DNA of 64,000 nucleotides from a virus, in the IMG/VR virus record IMGVR_UViG_3300026197_000002, positions 1 to 64,000 of that record. One strand, written 5' to 3'. Position numbers and translations under genes: made by a program. The notes under the pieces were generated by a model. That model did no database searches and had not been told where the DNA came from. It was given only the letters and a program-made list of their open reading frames with translations. This document shows, piece by piece, positions 1 through 8,603 of this stretch; position 1 is the first letter of the stretch; every line of letters begins with the position of its first letter.

Positions 1-83
1 GAATAAAACGGCTTATAAGAGCCGTAGGATAAATAGTAAAAAGAAATAATCAATAACTCTTATTTACGAATTAAAGTAGGATT

Positions 84-296
84 ATGGAAAATTTATTAGG
101 TAAAATGGTACAAGTGAGAGTTCCTCTTAGGAGTAATAACTTTCCTTGTAACCCTACAAACAGGTTCACCACCGTAGTAGGTGTGTGTAAATTCATAGGA
201 GTAAATGAATTACACGGCAACTTTCAAGTTACCATAGGTAGAACTCCTATATGGTATGAAGGGTTTACATTATCTGATGTAACTCTTGTGGTTTAA
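84..296 (+). CDS. hypothetical phage protein
   Basis: 70-aa ORF on the coding strand with ATG start. Confidence 0.7.
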   Translation: MENLLGKMVQVRVPLRSNNFPCNPTNRFTTVVGVCKFIGVNELHGNFQVTIGRTPIWYEGFTLSDVTLVV

Positions 297-317
297 ATTT
301 AAAACATTATAAATTAT

Positions 318-701
318 ATGAAAATATTTGAAGAACTGATAGGTAAAACTATTAAAGAAATCAATATTAATAAAGGTTTTAATGATATTGAAGAAATAGA
401 ATTTGTTACAACTTGTGGAAACATTTATAAGATGTTTCACGAATTTGAGTGTTGTGAAGAAGTATTTATAGAAGATATATGTGGTGATTTAGAGGACTTA
501 CTATATTCACCACTCCTAACTGCAGAAATGGTGTCTAATAAAGACTTAGAATCTTATGCTTCTACAACATATACATTTTATAAGTTTGCAACAATTAATG
601 GATATGTGGACATTAGATGGTTTGGAGAGTCTAATGGTGCATATTCTGAAGAAGTGAGCTTCTACAATGTAACTGACCCTGAAAATTATTATATTATATA
701 A
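318..701 (+). CDS. conserved acidic phage protein (DUF7448-like)
   Basis: Motifs HxxxCCEEVFIEDICGDLEDL, TYTFYKFATxxGYVDIRWFGESNGxYSE recalled from a widespread phage family. Confidence 0.8.
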   Translation: MKIFEELIGKTIKEININKGFNDIEEIEFVTTCGNIYKMFHEFECCEEVFIEDICGDLEDLLYSPLLTAEMVSNKDLESYASTTYTFYKFATINGYVDIRWFGESNGAYSEEVSFYNVTDPENYYII

Positions 702-713
702 CAAATTAAAACA

Positions 714-893
714 ATGAATACATCAATTTTAACATTAAGAGAAAAGCGTCAGTTTAACAAACTAATGCAAAAAGGCTACAGTCCTACTGTGGCTTTTAAA
801 ATGGTAACAAATAGGGTAGATAACTCTATTGCTACTAGACAAACCCGTAAGATTGTAGAGAGTCGTAAGAATAAGGCTACTTACAACTATTAA
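714..893 (+). CDS. small basic hypothetical protein (59 aa, not in ORF track)
   Basis: Translated by hand: MNTSILTLREKRQFNKLMQKGYSPTVAFKMV...YNY*; A-rich start context aaaacaATG. Confidence 0.7.
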   Translation: MNTSILTLREKRQFNKLMQKGYSPTVAFKMVTNRVDNSIATRQTRKIVESRKNKATYNY

Positions 894-901
894 TATTATA
901 G

Positions 902-937
902 AAACTCCTAGTTTTACCTAGTATATACTAGGGGTTT
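902..937 (+). terminator. hairpin/possible terminator containing the perfect palindrome CCTAGTATATACTAGG (917-932)
   Basis: aaactcctag...ctaggggttt arms and an internal 16-bp palindrome in an intergenic gap. Confidence 0.5.
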
Positions 938-964
938 ATGGTTTAACAATTAAATATATACATT

Positions 965-1210
965 GTGAAAGTAACAATTCGTAAAAACTTAAAAGATGAT
1001 GCTACAAAGTTTACCATCATAAAAGGGGATGTAAATAAAATTAATGTAGACTTTAATGATGTCTATATTAATATTAATGGTGAAGAAATATTAGTTAAAA
1101 CTAATAGACCTTCACAATTATTAACTATATTAGAATCTTATAAAGGTAATAAAGACCTCTATATCATTTGTGAGAATGATATGTTTAAAGAATTTATATT
1201 AAACAATTAA
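965..1210 (+). CDS. hypothetical protein
   Basis: 81-aa ORF, GTG start. Confidence 0.65.
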   Translation: MKVTIRKNLKDDATKFTIIKGDVNKINVDFNDVYININGEEILVKTNRPSQLLTILESYKGNKDLYIICENDMFKEFILNN

Positions 1211-1252
1211 ATATTAAAATTATAAATTTAAAACTCTTGAAAAAATATTAAA

Positions 1253-1528
1253 ATGAAAAATACAGATATAGAATTTTCAACAATTAACAAAAAGGTAAAC
1301 AAACCTTTTTATAAGGTTGCCTCTGAAATAGTTGGAGCACCAATTCAAAATATTGACATCAGAAGACATGTAGCAGATGATGTTAATTATGGTACTCTAA
1401 CTGTGTATGTATATGCAGATTTAGAGGATTGCAGATATTGGTCATTAGGTAAAGATGACAAGGCTTATAGAAATTTACCTAGTAGATTGAGTGAGTTTGA
1501 AACAATTTTAAAAGAAAAAAAAATATGA
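1253..1528 (+). CDS. hypothetical protein
   Basis: 91-aa ORF, ATGA overlap with next gene. Confidence 0.75.
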   Translation: MKNTDIEFSTINKKVNKPFYKVASEIVGAPIQNIDIRRHVADDVNYGTLTVYVYADLEDCRYWSLGKDDKAYRNLPSRLSEFETILKEKKI

Positions 1529-1884
1529 TAGGAGAACCAAAAAATACTAGACTAACGTTACTAGAACAATGGGGGGATGTTTCTCCATTTTCTCTTCAAA
1601 AAATTCATAAGTTTTTTAACACTTTAAATAATCTATCAATCATAGAAACCAGAAAAAGTACACTTTCTAGTACATCTATCTATGAAATGATAATAGAGTA
1701 TAAAGGTGTAAAAATAGTACTTACTCAACATCATGCCCACGTGGTAATATCAAAATTGACAAAAGATGGAGAACAATCTTTTGTTACTTCAGTTGATAAT
1801 ATGAAAGATGCGTTGATTGAAGTAGAAGAGATAGCGGCAGAAATTGAAATAGCGTATATGCAAAATTTAAAAGAAGCTATATGA
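1525..1884 (+). CDS. hypothetical protein
   Basis: 119-aa ORF, ATGA-coupled on both sides. Confidence 0.75.
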   Translation: MIGEPKNTRLTLLEQWGDVSPFSLQKIHKFFNTLNNLSIIETRKSTLSSTSIYEMIIEYKGVKIVLTQHHAHVVISKLTKDGEQSFVTSVDNMKDALIEVEEIAAEIEIAYMQNLKEAI

Positions 1885-2387
1885 AAGTATATAAGCAAAT
1901 GCTCTTAAACGGTGGAGAAGATAGAACTGCCGTAATAAATTTAAGAGAGGAGGTAAAAGAAATTGGTGAGTTTTTAAAAAATATAGAAACTTACTTAAAA
2001 ACTCTTTATATTAAGCAGCAACCTTTCCGTGGAAATAAATATTCACTAGATGAGTATTTTGGTACTTTAGATAGGTACAATCAAGTAAATACAATAGATG
2101 AATATTATTGGTGGGAGAAAAAGTTTCCCCTTTGGTGTAATTATGAAAATATAAAGAAGGTAAACTATAACAAAATTGAATTTGTAATGTTTCCTACAGA
2201 TACTCTTAAAAAATTTACAGAAAGTGATATAGTATTACCCTTTGTAAAAAGGGTACAGCTTGTGACTATTTTTTCTAAACCTCATATTGATAGAATATAT
2301 AAGGAAAATAAGGAAAAAATAGTAAAAAAGGTAGCACCCAATGCAGTAATAGAAGTGCTTGAGTTTGATATGTATATAAATAAATAA
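1881..2387 (+). CDS. hypothetical protein
   Basis: 168-aa ORF, coupled to upstream gene. Confidence 0.75.
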   Translation: MKVYKQMLLNGGEDRTAVINLREEVKEIGEFLKNIETYLKTLYIKQQPFRGNKYSLDEYFGTLDRYNQVNTIDEYYWWEKKFPLWCNYENIKKVNYNKIEFVMFPTDTLKKFTESDIVLPFVKRVQLVTIFSKPHIDRIYKENKEKIVKKVAPNAVIEVLEFDMYINK

Positions 2388-2402
2388 AAAACAAAAGACA
2401 GT

Positions 2403-2492
2403 GGGAAAATAGTTACCCACAATGGCAAATTCCATTTAGACGAGGTAATGGCAGTAGCTATTCTTTTTAGGTATGTGGACAATAAACAATAG
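2403..2492 (+). pseudogene. N-terminal remnant of a MYG1/UPF0160-family protein
   Basis: Frame reads GKIVTHNGKFHLDEVMAVAILFRYVDNKQ*, matching the MYG1 THxGxFHxDE motif; no in-frame start codon, stop after 29 codons. Confidence 0.7.
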
Positions 2493-2496
2493 AAAA

Positions 2497-2700
2497 ATGA
2501 GCAAAAAATTAAATGAGTTACAAGAATCAATACCTGATGAAGCACTTATAAAAGAAGCAGAAAAGCAGATATTTGAACTTGCACGCACAGGCGGAAAAAG
2601 CCATAAAATGTGCGTACCCCCAATGCCTGATGATACAGATATGATATTGAGTGAACTTGTTAGAAGATATAAAAAAGCAATAGACCTAGCATCTGTATGA
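2497..2700 (+). CDS. hypothetical protein (start moved to ATG 2497)
   Basis: gaaaaATG context; MSKKLNELQESIPD...MCVPPMPDDTDMILSELVRRYK. Confidence 0.7.
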   Translation: MSKKLNELQESIPDEALIKEAEKQIFELARTGGKSHKMCVPPMPDDTDMILSELVRRYKKAIDLASV

Positions 2701-2704
2701 ACGC

Positions 2705-2737
2705 AAACCTCTACAATTAATTTTGTAGAGGTTTTTT
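2705..2737 (+). terminator. intrinsic terminator
   Basis: 12-bp stem aaacctctacaa/ttgtagaggttt followed by a T-run, just after the stop codon. Confidence 0.85.
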
Positions 2738-2742
2738 AACAT

Positions 2743-2838
2743 TTAAAAAATGGTGAATATTATGATGCTTACCGTGAAGATGACATACAACAGGATGTTC
2801 ATTGTAACGTTGATGAGTCTAATGTAGAAGAGATGTAA
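2743..2838 (+). pseudogene. start-less paralogous remnant of the C-terminal half of ORF 5213-5401
   Basis: LKNGEYYDAYREDDIQQDVHCNVDESNVEEM* versus LKNGEYYDSQREEDTEQDVHCKIDEPNVKEL*. Confidence 0.8.
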
Positions 2839-2878
2839 TAACTTATTAAACAAAAAAAGGTAGATTAAGTGGAATAAA

Positions 2879-2923
2879 GGCTAACACAGCACTTACTCTT
2901 CTATATTTTATACTGTGTTAGCC
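2879..2923. repeat. 11-bp inverted repeat with attC-like AAC/GTT cores
   Basis: GGCTAACACAG (2879-2889) and CTGTGTTAGCC (2913-2923), 23-nt spacer. Confidence 0.6.
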
Positions 2924-2935
2924 AAAATTTTAATT

Positions 2936-3151
2936 ATGAGAAAAATTATTGAACAACTAAAAGAACAAAAAGAAAAAGTAGAAAAAACTTTTATAAAGAA
3001 TTGCTTAATTAAAAGGGCATCTCCTGTAATTTCTTCAATACCTGACACGGATTCATATTTAGAAGAAATACATGAATTAAACCAAGCTATAAGTATTTTA
3101 GAAAAAGAAGACCACCGAGCTTGCAAAGATGTTGTTTCAAATAATGGTTAA
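2936..3151 (+). CDS. hypothetical protein, possible captured cassette (start moved to ATG 2936)
   Basis: taattATG context; follows the attC-like repeat. Confidence 0.65.
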   Translation: MRKIIEQLKEQKEKVEKTFIKNCLIKRASPVISSIPDTDSYLEEIHELNQAISILEKEDHRACKDVVSNNG

Positions 3152-3192
3152 GTGTATGAACTGATTTTTAATATTTAAAAAATATAAAACTT

Positions 3193-3495
3193 ATGGAAGT
3201 AATATATTTAATTACATCACAAAGTATTACAGATAAATCTAGGGAAAACCTGAAACACGTAGGTACTCCTAGATATTTGGAGGAAGATTACGTAGAACTA
3301 TATCTAAGAATTTATAAAAATTCTATGAAACCATCAGATATAGTTAAGTTACATAAAATTATTAATAATAATAAGATTGTTATTATTGATAAAATTATGT
3401 TAGATATATTATGTAAATTATCAGGTAGCTTCTATGCTATTGAGTATGATGATTATCTTATGTTAAATTATAATACTAATAAATTGATATTATGA
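3193..3495 (+). CDS. hypothetical protein
   Basis: 100-aa ORF. Confidence 0.7.
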   Translation: MEVIYLITSQSITDKSRENLKHVGTPRYLEEDYVELYLRIYKNSMKPSDIVKLHKIINNNKIVIIDKIMLDILCKLSGSFYAIEYDDYLMLNYNTNKLIL

Positions 3496-3557
3496 AACTG
3501 ACAATTAAAAAGTTTAACGAAGTAAAAAAGAAATAAATGAAGTAATAAAAACCTTTA

Positions 3558-4379
3558 ATGAAAAATATTAAAATGATTGAAAAAATAAAAGACCTGCTTT
3601 TTTCAGGAGATTCACAAAATATAGAACTCGCTAAACAGCTTGCTGAGAAATTGCCTGATATAAAAAAATACATTGGTAAACTTGAAAAGTTGGCTAAACA
3701 ACTGAATATAAACTTTATTCAGTTATCTCAAGATGACTTAAGGTTATCAAAAAAAAACTTAACCACTTTACCAAGTGAAATTGGTTTACTTAAACATTTA
3801 AAAATTATTTATTTAGGACACAATCGGATAACAAGTTTACCCAAAGAAATCGGAGATTTAAAGAATTTGGAGTATTTGTGTTTAAAAAATAACCATATCA
3901 CAACTTTACCTAAAGAAATTGGCGATTTAACAAAACTAGAAAAGCTAAATTTGAAACATAACCAACTTTCAGCATTACCTGAAGAAATAGGCAACTTAAA
4001 AAATTTAAAAGTTTTAAGGCTAAATAAAAACAAAATTGCAAGCCTACCAAAAGAAATTGGTAAATTACTGAATTTGGAGTGGTTACTTTTAAATAATAAT
4101 CAACTTTCAAAATTACCAAAAGAAATATGCAATTTAAAAAGTTTAAAAGGTTTAGATTTATTTAGTAATCAAATTACAAACTTCCCCAAAGGAATTGACA
4201 AATTAAGTAATTTAGAAAAGCTAGATTTTGAAAAGAATGAATTTACAAGTTTGCCTAAGGAAATTGAAAAGTTAGAGAAATTGAGAATATTTTTATTTCA
4301 ACAAAATTACTTAGATTGGAAAGAAGAAGATTGGAAAAAGCACCTTTGGCTAACCTGGCAAAGAGGGAGAATAAAATAA
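3558..4379 (+). CDS. leucine-rich repeat protein
   Basis: About 8-9 tandem 23-aa repeats LPxEIGxLxxLxxLxLxxNxLxx. Confidence 0.95.
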   Translation: MKNIKMIEKIKDLLFSGDSQNIELAKQLAEKLPDIKKYIGKLEKLAKQLNINFIQLSQDDLRLSKKNLTTLPSEIGLLKHLKIIYLGHNRITSLPKEIGDLKNLEYLCLKNNHITTLPKEIGDLTKLEKLNLKHNQLSALPEEIGNLKNLKVLRLNKNKIASLPKEIGKLLNLEWLLLNNNQLSKLPKEICNLKSLKGLDLFSNQITNFPKGIDKLSNLEKLDFEKNEFTSLPKEIEKLEKLRIFLFQQNYLDWKEEDWKKHLWLTWQRGRIK

Positions 4380-4391
4380 ATTAAACATATT

Positions 4392-4643
4392 ATGAAAAGA
4401 AGGACTTATATAATCTGTTATGATTATAGGAATCTTAACAGAATGTTAAAAATACTTAAAGATATTGAAAAAAGTATTAGAAATAATACTTTTCAAATAG
4501 AAGAAGAATTGTTTTTAAAAAACATTTTTTGGGATAGAGATGTATATCAAGAGTATCCTAAAAGAGAACGACAAGAAATGTGTAAAGAAATTGCACACAA
4601 CTTGTTAAAATTACGTAAAAACTTAAACACAAAAGCAAAATGA
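4392..4643 (+). CDS. hypothetical protein
   Basis: 83-aa ORF, ATGA overlap with next gene. Confidence 0.7.
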   Translation: MKRRTYIICYDYRNLNRMLKILKDIEKSIRNNTFQIEEELFLKNIFWDRDVYQEYPKRERQEMCKEIAHNLLKLRKNLNTKAK

Positions 4644-4957
4644 TAATATATATTGTAATAATTGTATCATTTACCATAGTATTAATAGGAATACTTAATG
4701 GTATTAAACAAGATATAGATGAAAAGAAAAATTTGTATCTTATAAGCAAGACTTTTTTAGATAATAATTGGGATGGTGATAAATATAGGTGGACTAAACC
4801 TCATATTATTCTTCTCATTACTAAAATTGAAAATGACACTATAACATATAATGTCATTACTCCATTAGGGAGGTTAATAGATGAGAAAATACACATTAAA
4901 GATATTAAATCTTTACATAATTATATTAATAATAGATTCAAAAATATAATTATATGA
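4640..4957 (+). CDS. hypothetical membrane-anchored protein
   Basis: N-terminal hydrophobic helix IIYIVIIVSFTIVLIGIL. Confidence 0.7.
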   Translation: MIIYIVIIVSFTIVLIGILNGIKQDIDEKKNLYLISKTFLDNNWDGDKYRWTKPHIILLITKIENDTITYNVITPLGRLIDEKIHIKDIKSLHNYINNRFKNIII

Positions 4958-5220
4958 GTAAGCCTAAAATCTTAAAGGAAAAGGAGTTTATAGATTTGTG
5001 TAATGTTGCAGATTCAGAATGGTATAATAATAATTGTGGTAACTGTAATCACAATCTTGCTATTTTTCCTATATCTGAATATAGAGAATACTTAAAATAT
5101 GGAGATTGTGGCTCATACATGAGTTATGGCATATTTAAACTAAAAGATTTGGATAGAGTTAGTTTTAAAAATGGTAGAATAACTAATTGTACTAAAATAA
5201 ACAAAAGAAATAATGGGTAA
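4954..5220 (+). CDS. hypothetical Cys-containing protein
   Basis: 88-aa ORF, CGNC motif; C-terminal segment duplicated in ORF 6406. Confidence 0.7.
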   Translation: MSKPKILKEKEFIDLCNVADSEWYNNNCGNCNHNLAIFPISEYREYLKYGDCGSYMSYGIFKLKDLDRVSFKNGRITNCTKINKRNNG

Positions 5221-5401
5221 CTACAAAATAACAAGATGGGAACAAGTATGGGTAAAATACTCATATTATGTAAACGCCCCAAATTTAGAAACGGCAAAAA
5301 ACAAGTTAAAAAATGGTGAGTATTATGATTCTCAACGTGAAGAAGATACAGAGCAGGATGTTCATTGTAAAATAGATGAACCTAATGTAAAAGAATTATG
5401 A
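5213..5401 (+). CDS. small hypothetical protein
   Basis: 62-aa ORF; diverged partial copy at 2743-2838 conserves the protein sequence. Confidence 0.75.
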   Translation: MGNYKITRWEQVWVKYSYYVNAPNLETAKNKLKNGEYYDSQREEDTEQDVHCKIDEPNVKEL

Positions 5402-5465
5402 TAATAATATTAATTATCTATGGATATGTTACATATATGTTCATTAGATATAACTTATTAAAAAA

Positions 5466-6080
5466 ATGAAAATGAAAATAGTATTAAACAAATTAAAAAA
5501 GTTATATGATACACTAAATTATATAACAGACTACTGTAATCTCCCAGATAAAATAGGAGAACATAGACCTATTTGGATAGCAGGTGGTAGTATTGTAGAT
5601 TCTCTAAATAATATAAAATTTAGAGATGTTGATATTTACTGTATCAATAAAGATATATATGACAAGATTAATAAAAGATTAAAAAATAACTTTAAAAAAT
5701 ACGAAACTTCTTATTGCACAGGTTACAGTATAAATAATATTTTTATTGATATAATATATAATGAAAATAATAGCATAGAAGAATTATTTGAAACATTTGA
5801 TTTTAATTGTTGTAAAATAGCACTTACTTTAGATGAGATAATAACAGGAGATACTAATGTTTTATATCAAATAGAGAATAAGATATTAGAAGTTGATATG
5901 GCTCACATCAATAAGTGGATAAATCGTAATACTTGCAATAGAATTAAAAAGTATTATAATAAAGGTTTTCAATTTATGAAAATTGAAGAATTGCAAAAAA
6001 TAATGTTAGAAATAACAGATAAAATACATTACAATAGTTTTATCACCAATCATAGTGATTACACAAATTATAAAATATAA
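5466..6080 (+). CDS. Pol-beta superfamily nucleotidyltransferase (tRNA-NT/poly(A) polymerase head-like)
   Basis: WIAGGSIVD, RDVDIY (DxD), FDFNCCK, RIKKYYNKGF motifs. Confidence 0.8.
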   Translation: MKMKIVLNKLKKLYDTLNYITDYCNLPDKIGEHRPIWIAGGSIVDSLNNIKFRDVDIYCINKDIYDKINKRLKNNFKKYETSYCTGYSINNIFIDIIYNENNSIEELFETFDFNCCKIALTLDEIITGDTNVLYQIENKILEVDMAHINKWINRNTCNRIKKYYNKGFQFMKIEELQKIMLEITDKIHYNSFITNHSDYTNYKI

Positions 6081-6086
6081 ATAATT

Positions 6087-6254
6087 ATGGAGTACTTAAT
6101 AATAGCAGCAACAATAGGTCTTATAGCAGGAGCTATACAAAAAGACCATTTAGATAAATTGAAAAAAGATAGATTAGAATCATTAAGGTTCTACTATGAT
6201 GACCTATCTTATAAAGAAATGGAACAAGAATACTATTTATCATGTATATATTAA
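6087..6254 (+). CDS. small membrane protein (55 aa, not in ORF track)
   Basis: MEYLIIAATIGLIAGAIQKD...; taattATG context. Confidence 0.65.
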   Translation: MEYLIIAATIGLIAGAIQKDHLDKLKKDRLESLRFYYDDLSYKEMEQEYYLSCIY

Positions 6255-6409
6255 CAATTAAGAACGTAATAGCAGGCTTCTATAAAACTAAGCCTAACAT
6301 TAAAGATATTAGGAATACCTTGTTAAATACAGGTATTCCTCTGGAAGATTCTAAATTAGTTAGTATATTACAAGGGATAAATAACAAATATAATATTGAA
6401 GAATTATGA
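6242..6409 (+). CDS. small hypothetical protein (55 aa, not in ORF track)
   Basis: MYILTIKNVIAGFYKTKPNI...; fills the gap and overlaps ORF 6406 by ATGA. Confidence 0.6.
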   Translation: MYILTIKNVIAGFYKTKPNIKDIRNTLLNTGIPLEDSKLVSILQGINNKYNIEEL

Positions 6410-6807
6410 TATACAATATATTAGAAGAAACATTCAATGACCTTATTGAAGACTATACATTTAGAAGTTGTATAGCTGTAAAATATAATACCTTAAAAGA
6501 TAGACTTGAATTAGAAGAATTATTAAGTAATTCAGGTCTTGATATAAGTTTCTTTGAAATTCAATGGCAAATAGATTCTAAAATAGAAGAATCTTGGGAA
6601 GAATTTAAAAATGAAGAAATAGAAGAATTAAATAATACAATAGATGATTTAGAAAACACTATTGAAAGTTTAGAAGATAAAATTTCTTCACTACAAGATA
6701 AAAATTATGATTTAAAATATGAATTAGAAGATGCGAATTACGAATTAAAAAAGTTTAAATTAAAAGATTTAGATAAAATTAGTTTTAAAAACGGTAAAAT
6801 AAATTAA
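6406..6807 (+). CDS. acidic coiled-coil protein
   Basis: Heptad run IEELNNTIDDLENTIESLEDKISSLQDK. Confidence 0.75.
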   Translation: MIYNILEETFNDLIEDYTFRSCIAVKYNTLKDRLELEELLSNSGLDISFFEIQWQIDSKIEESWEEFKNEEIEELNNTIDDLENTIESLEDKISSLQDKNYDLKYELEDANYELKKFKLKDLDKISFKNGKIN

Positions 6808-6813
6808 ATAAAT

Positions 6814-7290
6814 ATGAAACAGATAATTAACACAATCCTACTATTATTAGTAGTCCTATCATCTTGTAGTAACTTGCAAGATGTAGAAGAACATGTTGAG
6901 CAATTTAATGAAGACATGTTAGGTGTACGTATAACTTACAGTTATCCAAAAGATATAGCTGTAAGAAACAATGACTACCTAGTTGTACCTACAAAACTCA
7001 TGTTAGATGTAAACGACTACATTATAGCTGAATGTGATACTATATATGCTATTGATATAAATAGTGAGTACACTAATACTATTGAACTACTTGTACCAAA
7101 AGCTGATATTACACATGCACGTTTATTGTCTAAGTTTATACCTATGACATTAGGTGGTGCATATATAACATCACAACAAGTAATAAGAAGTAAGAGTAAA
7201 GAGTGGAAAACAGATAATGAGTTTTTAGAAATAATAAACCATTTATCTGATAATGGTTATGGCATATACATAGAAAGTAATAATTATTAA
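6814..7290 (+). CDS. lipoprotein
   Basis: Signal peptide MKQIINTILLLLVVLSS-C with lipobox. Confidence 0.8.
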   Translation: MKQIINTILLLLVVLSSCSNLQDVEEHVEQFNEDMLGVRITYSYPKDIAVRNNDYLVVPTKLMLDVNDYIIAECDTIYAIDINSEYTNTIELLVPKADITHARLLSKFIPMTLGGAYITSQQVIRSKSKEWKTDNEFLEIINHLSDNGYGIYIESNNY

Positions 7291-7291
7291 T

Positions 7292-7299
7292 TATATTTG
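7292..7299 (+). promoter_or_regulatory. possible Bacteroidota sigmaA -7 element (TAnnTTTG)
   Basis: TATATTTG in the gap just upstream of ATG 7315; no clear -33 TTG. Confidence 0.4.
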
Positions 7300-7314
7300 T
7301 TAAAAAAATTAATT

Positions 7315-8016
7315 ATGAAAGAGAAAATAACACAACAAGCATTGAATCAGATTATTAATTCTGATTTAGTGCTAGATGGTATAATTGGAACTAAGTCAAT
7401 AAATGCTATAAGAACTTTAATAAAAAAGCTAGATACTAGATATAACAATCTAGGATATTCTTGGTACTCTCATGAGATTATAGGATTACGTATGACTAAG
7501 ACATACACTAATAAGTTTACTGATTGGTATATACTACTAAATAGAGATACTCCTAGTAAAACTAGGATATTACCTTGTAGTACATTACCAGGATTATACG
7601 GTTTTGGTGGAGTATTAAACCCTAAAACTGTATATGGTAGACACGGTGTAGCAGTAATGAAGCCTGGTCAATACAAAAAGTGTTACAGATTACAAGGTAT
7701 TAAAAAACCTATGGGTAATACATATTTTGATAATTGGTCAGGTAAAACTTACTTGATGCAAGTAGGTGAAGTAAGTGTTTACCGTGATGGTACAAAAGAT
7801 TGGCTCATTGATTATGATGAAAATACTGTTCAAACAGGTTATTTTGGTATTAATCAACATAGTTGGAGAGGACATTTAAGTAATATAGTGAACAGCCTAT
7901 CACAGGGTTGTCAAGTATATCGTAGTGATATACATGATATGATAGTACCTTTCTGGTTTAACCTAGAAAAGGTACAAGGTAATTTATTAACATATACATT
8001 GTTAGATTTAGCATAG
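7315..8016 (+). CDS. putative peptidoglycan peptidase/endolysin (PG-binding motif plus L,D-transpeptidase-like His/Cys motif); start moved to ATG 7315
   Basis: N-terminal LVLDGIIGTKS; C-terminal GINQH...SQGCQV. Confidence 0.7.
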   Translation: MKEKITQQALNQIINSDLVLDGIIGTKSINAIRTLIKKLDTRYNNLGYSWYSHEIIGLRMTKTYTNKFTDWYILLNRDTPSKTRILPCSTLPGLYGFGGVLNPKTVYGRHGVAVMKPGQYKKCYRLQGIKKPMGNTYFDNWSGKTYLMQVGEVSVYRDGTKDWLIDYDENTVQTGYFGINQHSWRGHLSNIVNSLSQGCQVYRSDIHDMIVPFWFNLEKVQGNLLTYTLLDLA

Positions 8017-8044
8017 TATATACAGTTAATAGATATATAGTTAT

Positions 8045-8074
8045 AGCTTCTTAGAAATAAGAGGCTTTTTTTTT
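8045..8074 (+). terminator. intrinsic terminator with GAAA loop
   Basis: agcttctta-gaaa-taagaggct followed by a T-run. Confidence 0.85.
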
Positions 8075-8075
8075 T

Positions 8076-8603
8076 ATGAACAATTTTAATAATACACAGA
8101 TGAATAATCAAAATAATGTAAACACTCAAAATAAAAAAGGGGATAATCAACAAACTGAAACTTTTGTAAGTAATTACCCAATCATTCCATTAGATAAATT
8201 TAAGAATGAATATAAAGTTATTACAGAAGAAGGTAAGTGGGAATTACAAGTGCAAACTGTAAGTGACAAGACTTTTACCAATACTATCTTAGATAGAGAA
8301 GAACGCATCATTAATCTCAAAGCTATTAACTTTGCAGATGTAGATGCTATCAGACAAATTGTAGAAAGTAATAACAGTAAAGGTATTTACTATGAACAAC
8401 TTAACAATTTTGCAATGCGTGTAAACGTAGATAGTGATAGACCAACACCTATTAAAGGAGAAATTATTGATGCACACGTACATAGTTATACTAGAAAGCA
8501 CGATAGAGGTGAAGGTAAAGAAGCAGGTACTGATGTCTTAGTGGTAAGAGATATTAGCTTAAAGCCTGGTAAAAAGCCTATGAACCTTGCAGAATTACTA
8601 TAA
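8076..8603 (+). CDS. hypothetical protein (start may be ATG 8100)
   Basis: 175-aa ORF; N/Q-rich N-terminus. Confidence 0.75.
   Translation: MNNFNNTQMNNQNNVNTQNKKGDNQQTETFVSNYPIIPLDKFKNEYKVITEEGKWELQVQTVSDKTFTNTILDREERIINLKAINFADVDAIRQIVESNNSKGIYYEQLNNFAMRVNVDSDRPTPIKGEIIDAHVHSYTRKHDRGEGKEAGTDVLVVRDISLKPGKKPMNLAELL

Noticed and set aside
3720-4300. 69-nt periodicity resembling a CRISPR array or DGR repeat
   Set aside because: Explained by the 23-aa LRR coding repeats; no constant repeat/spacer structure and no reverse transcriptase in the window
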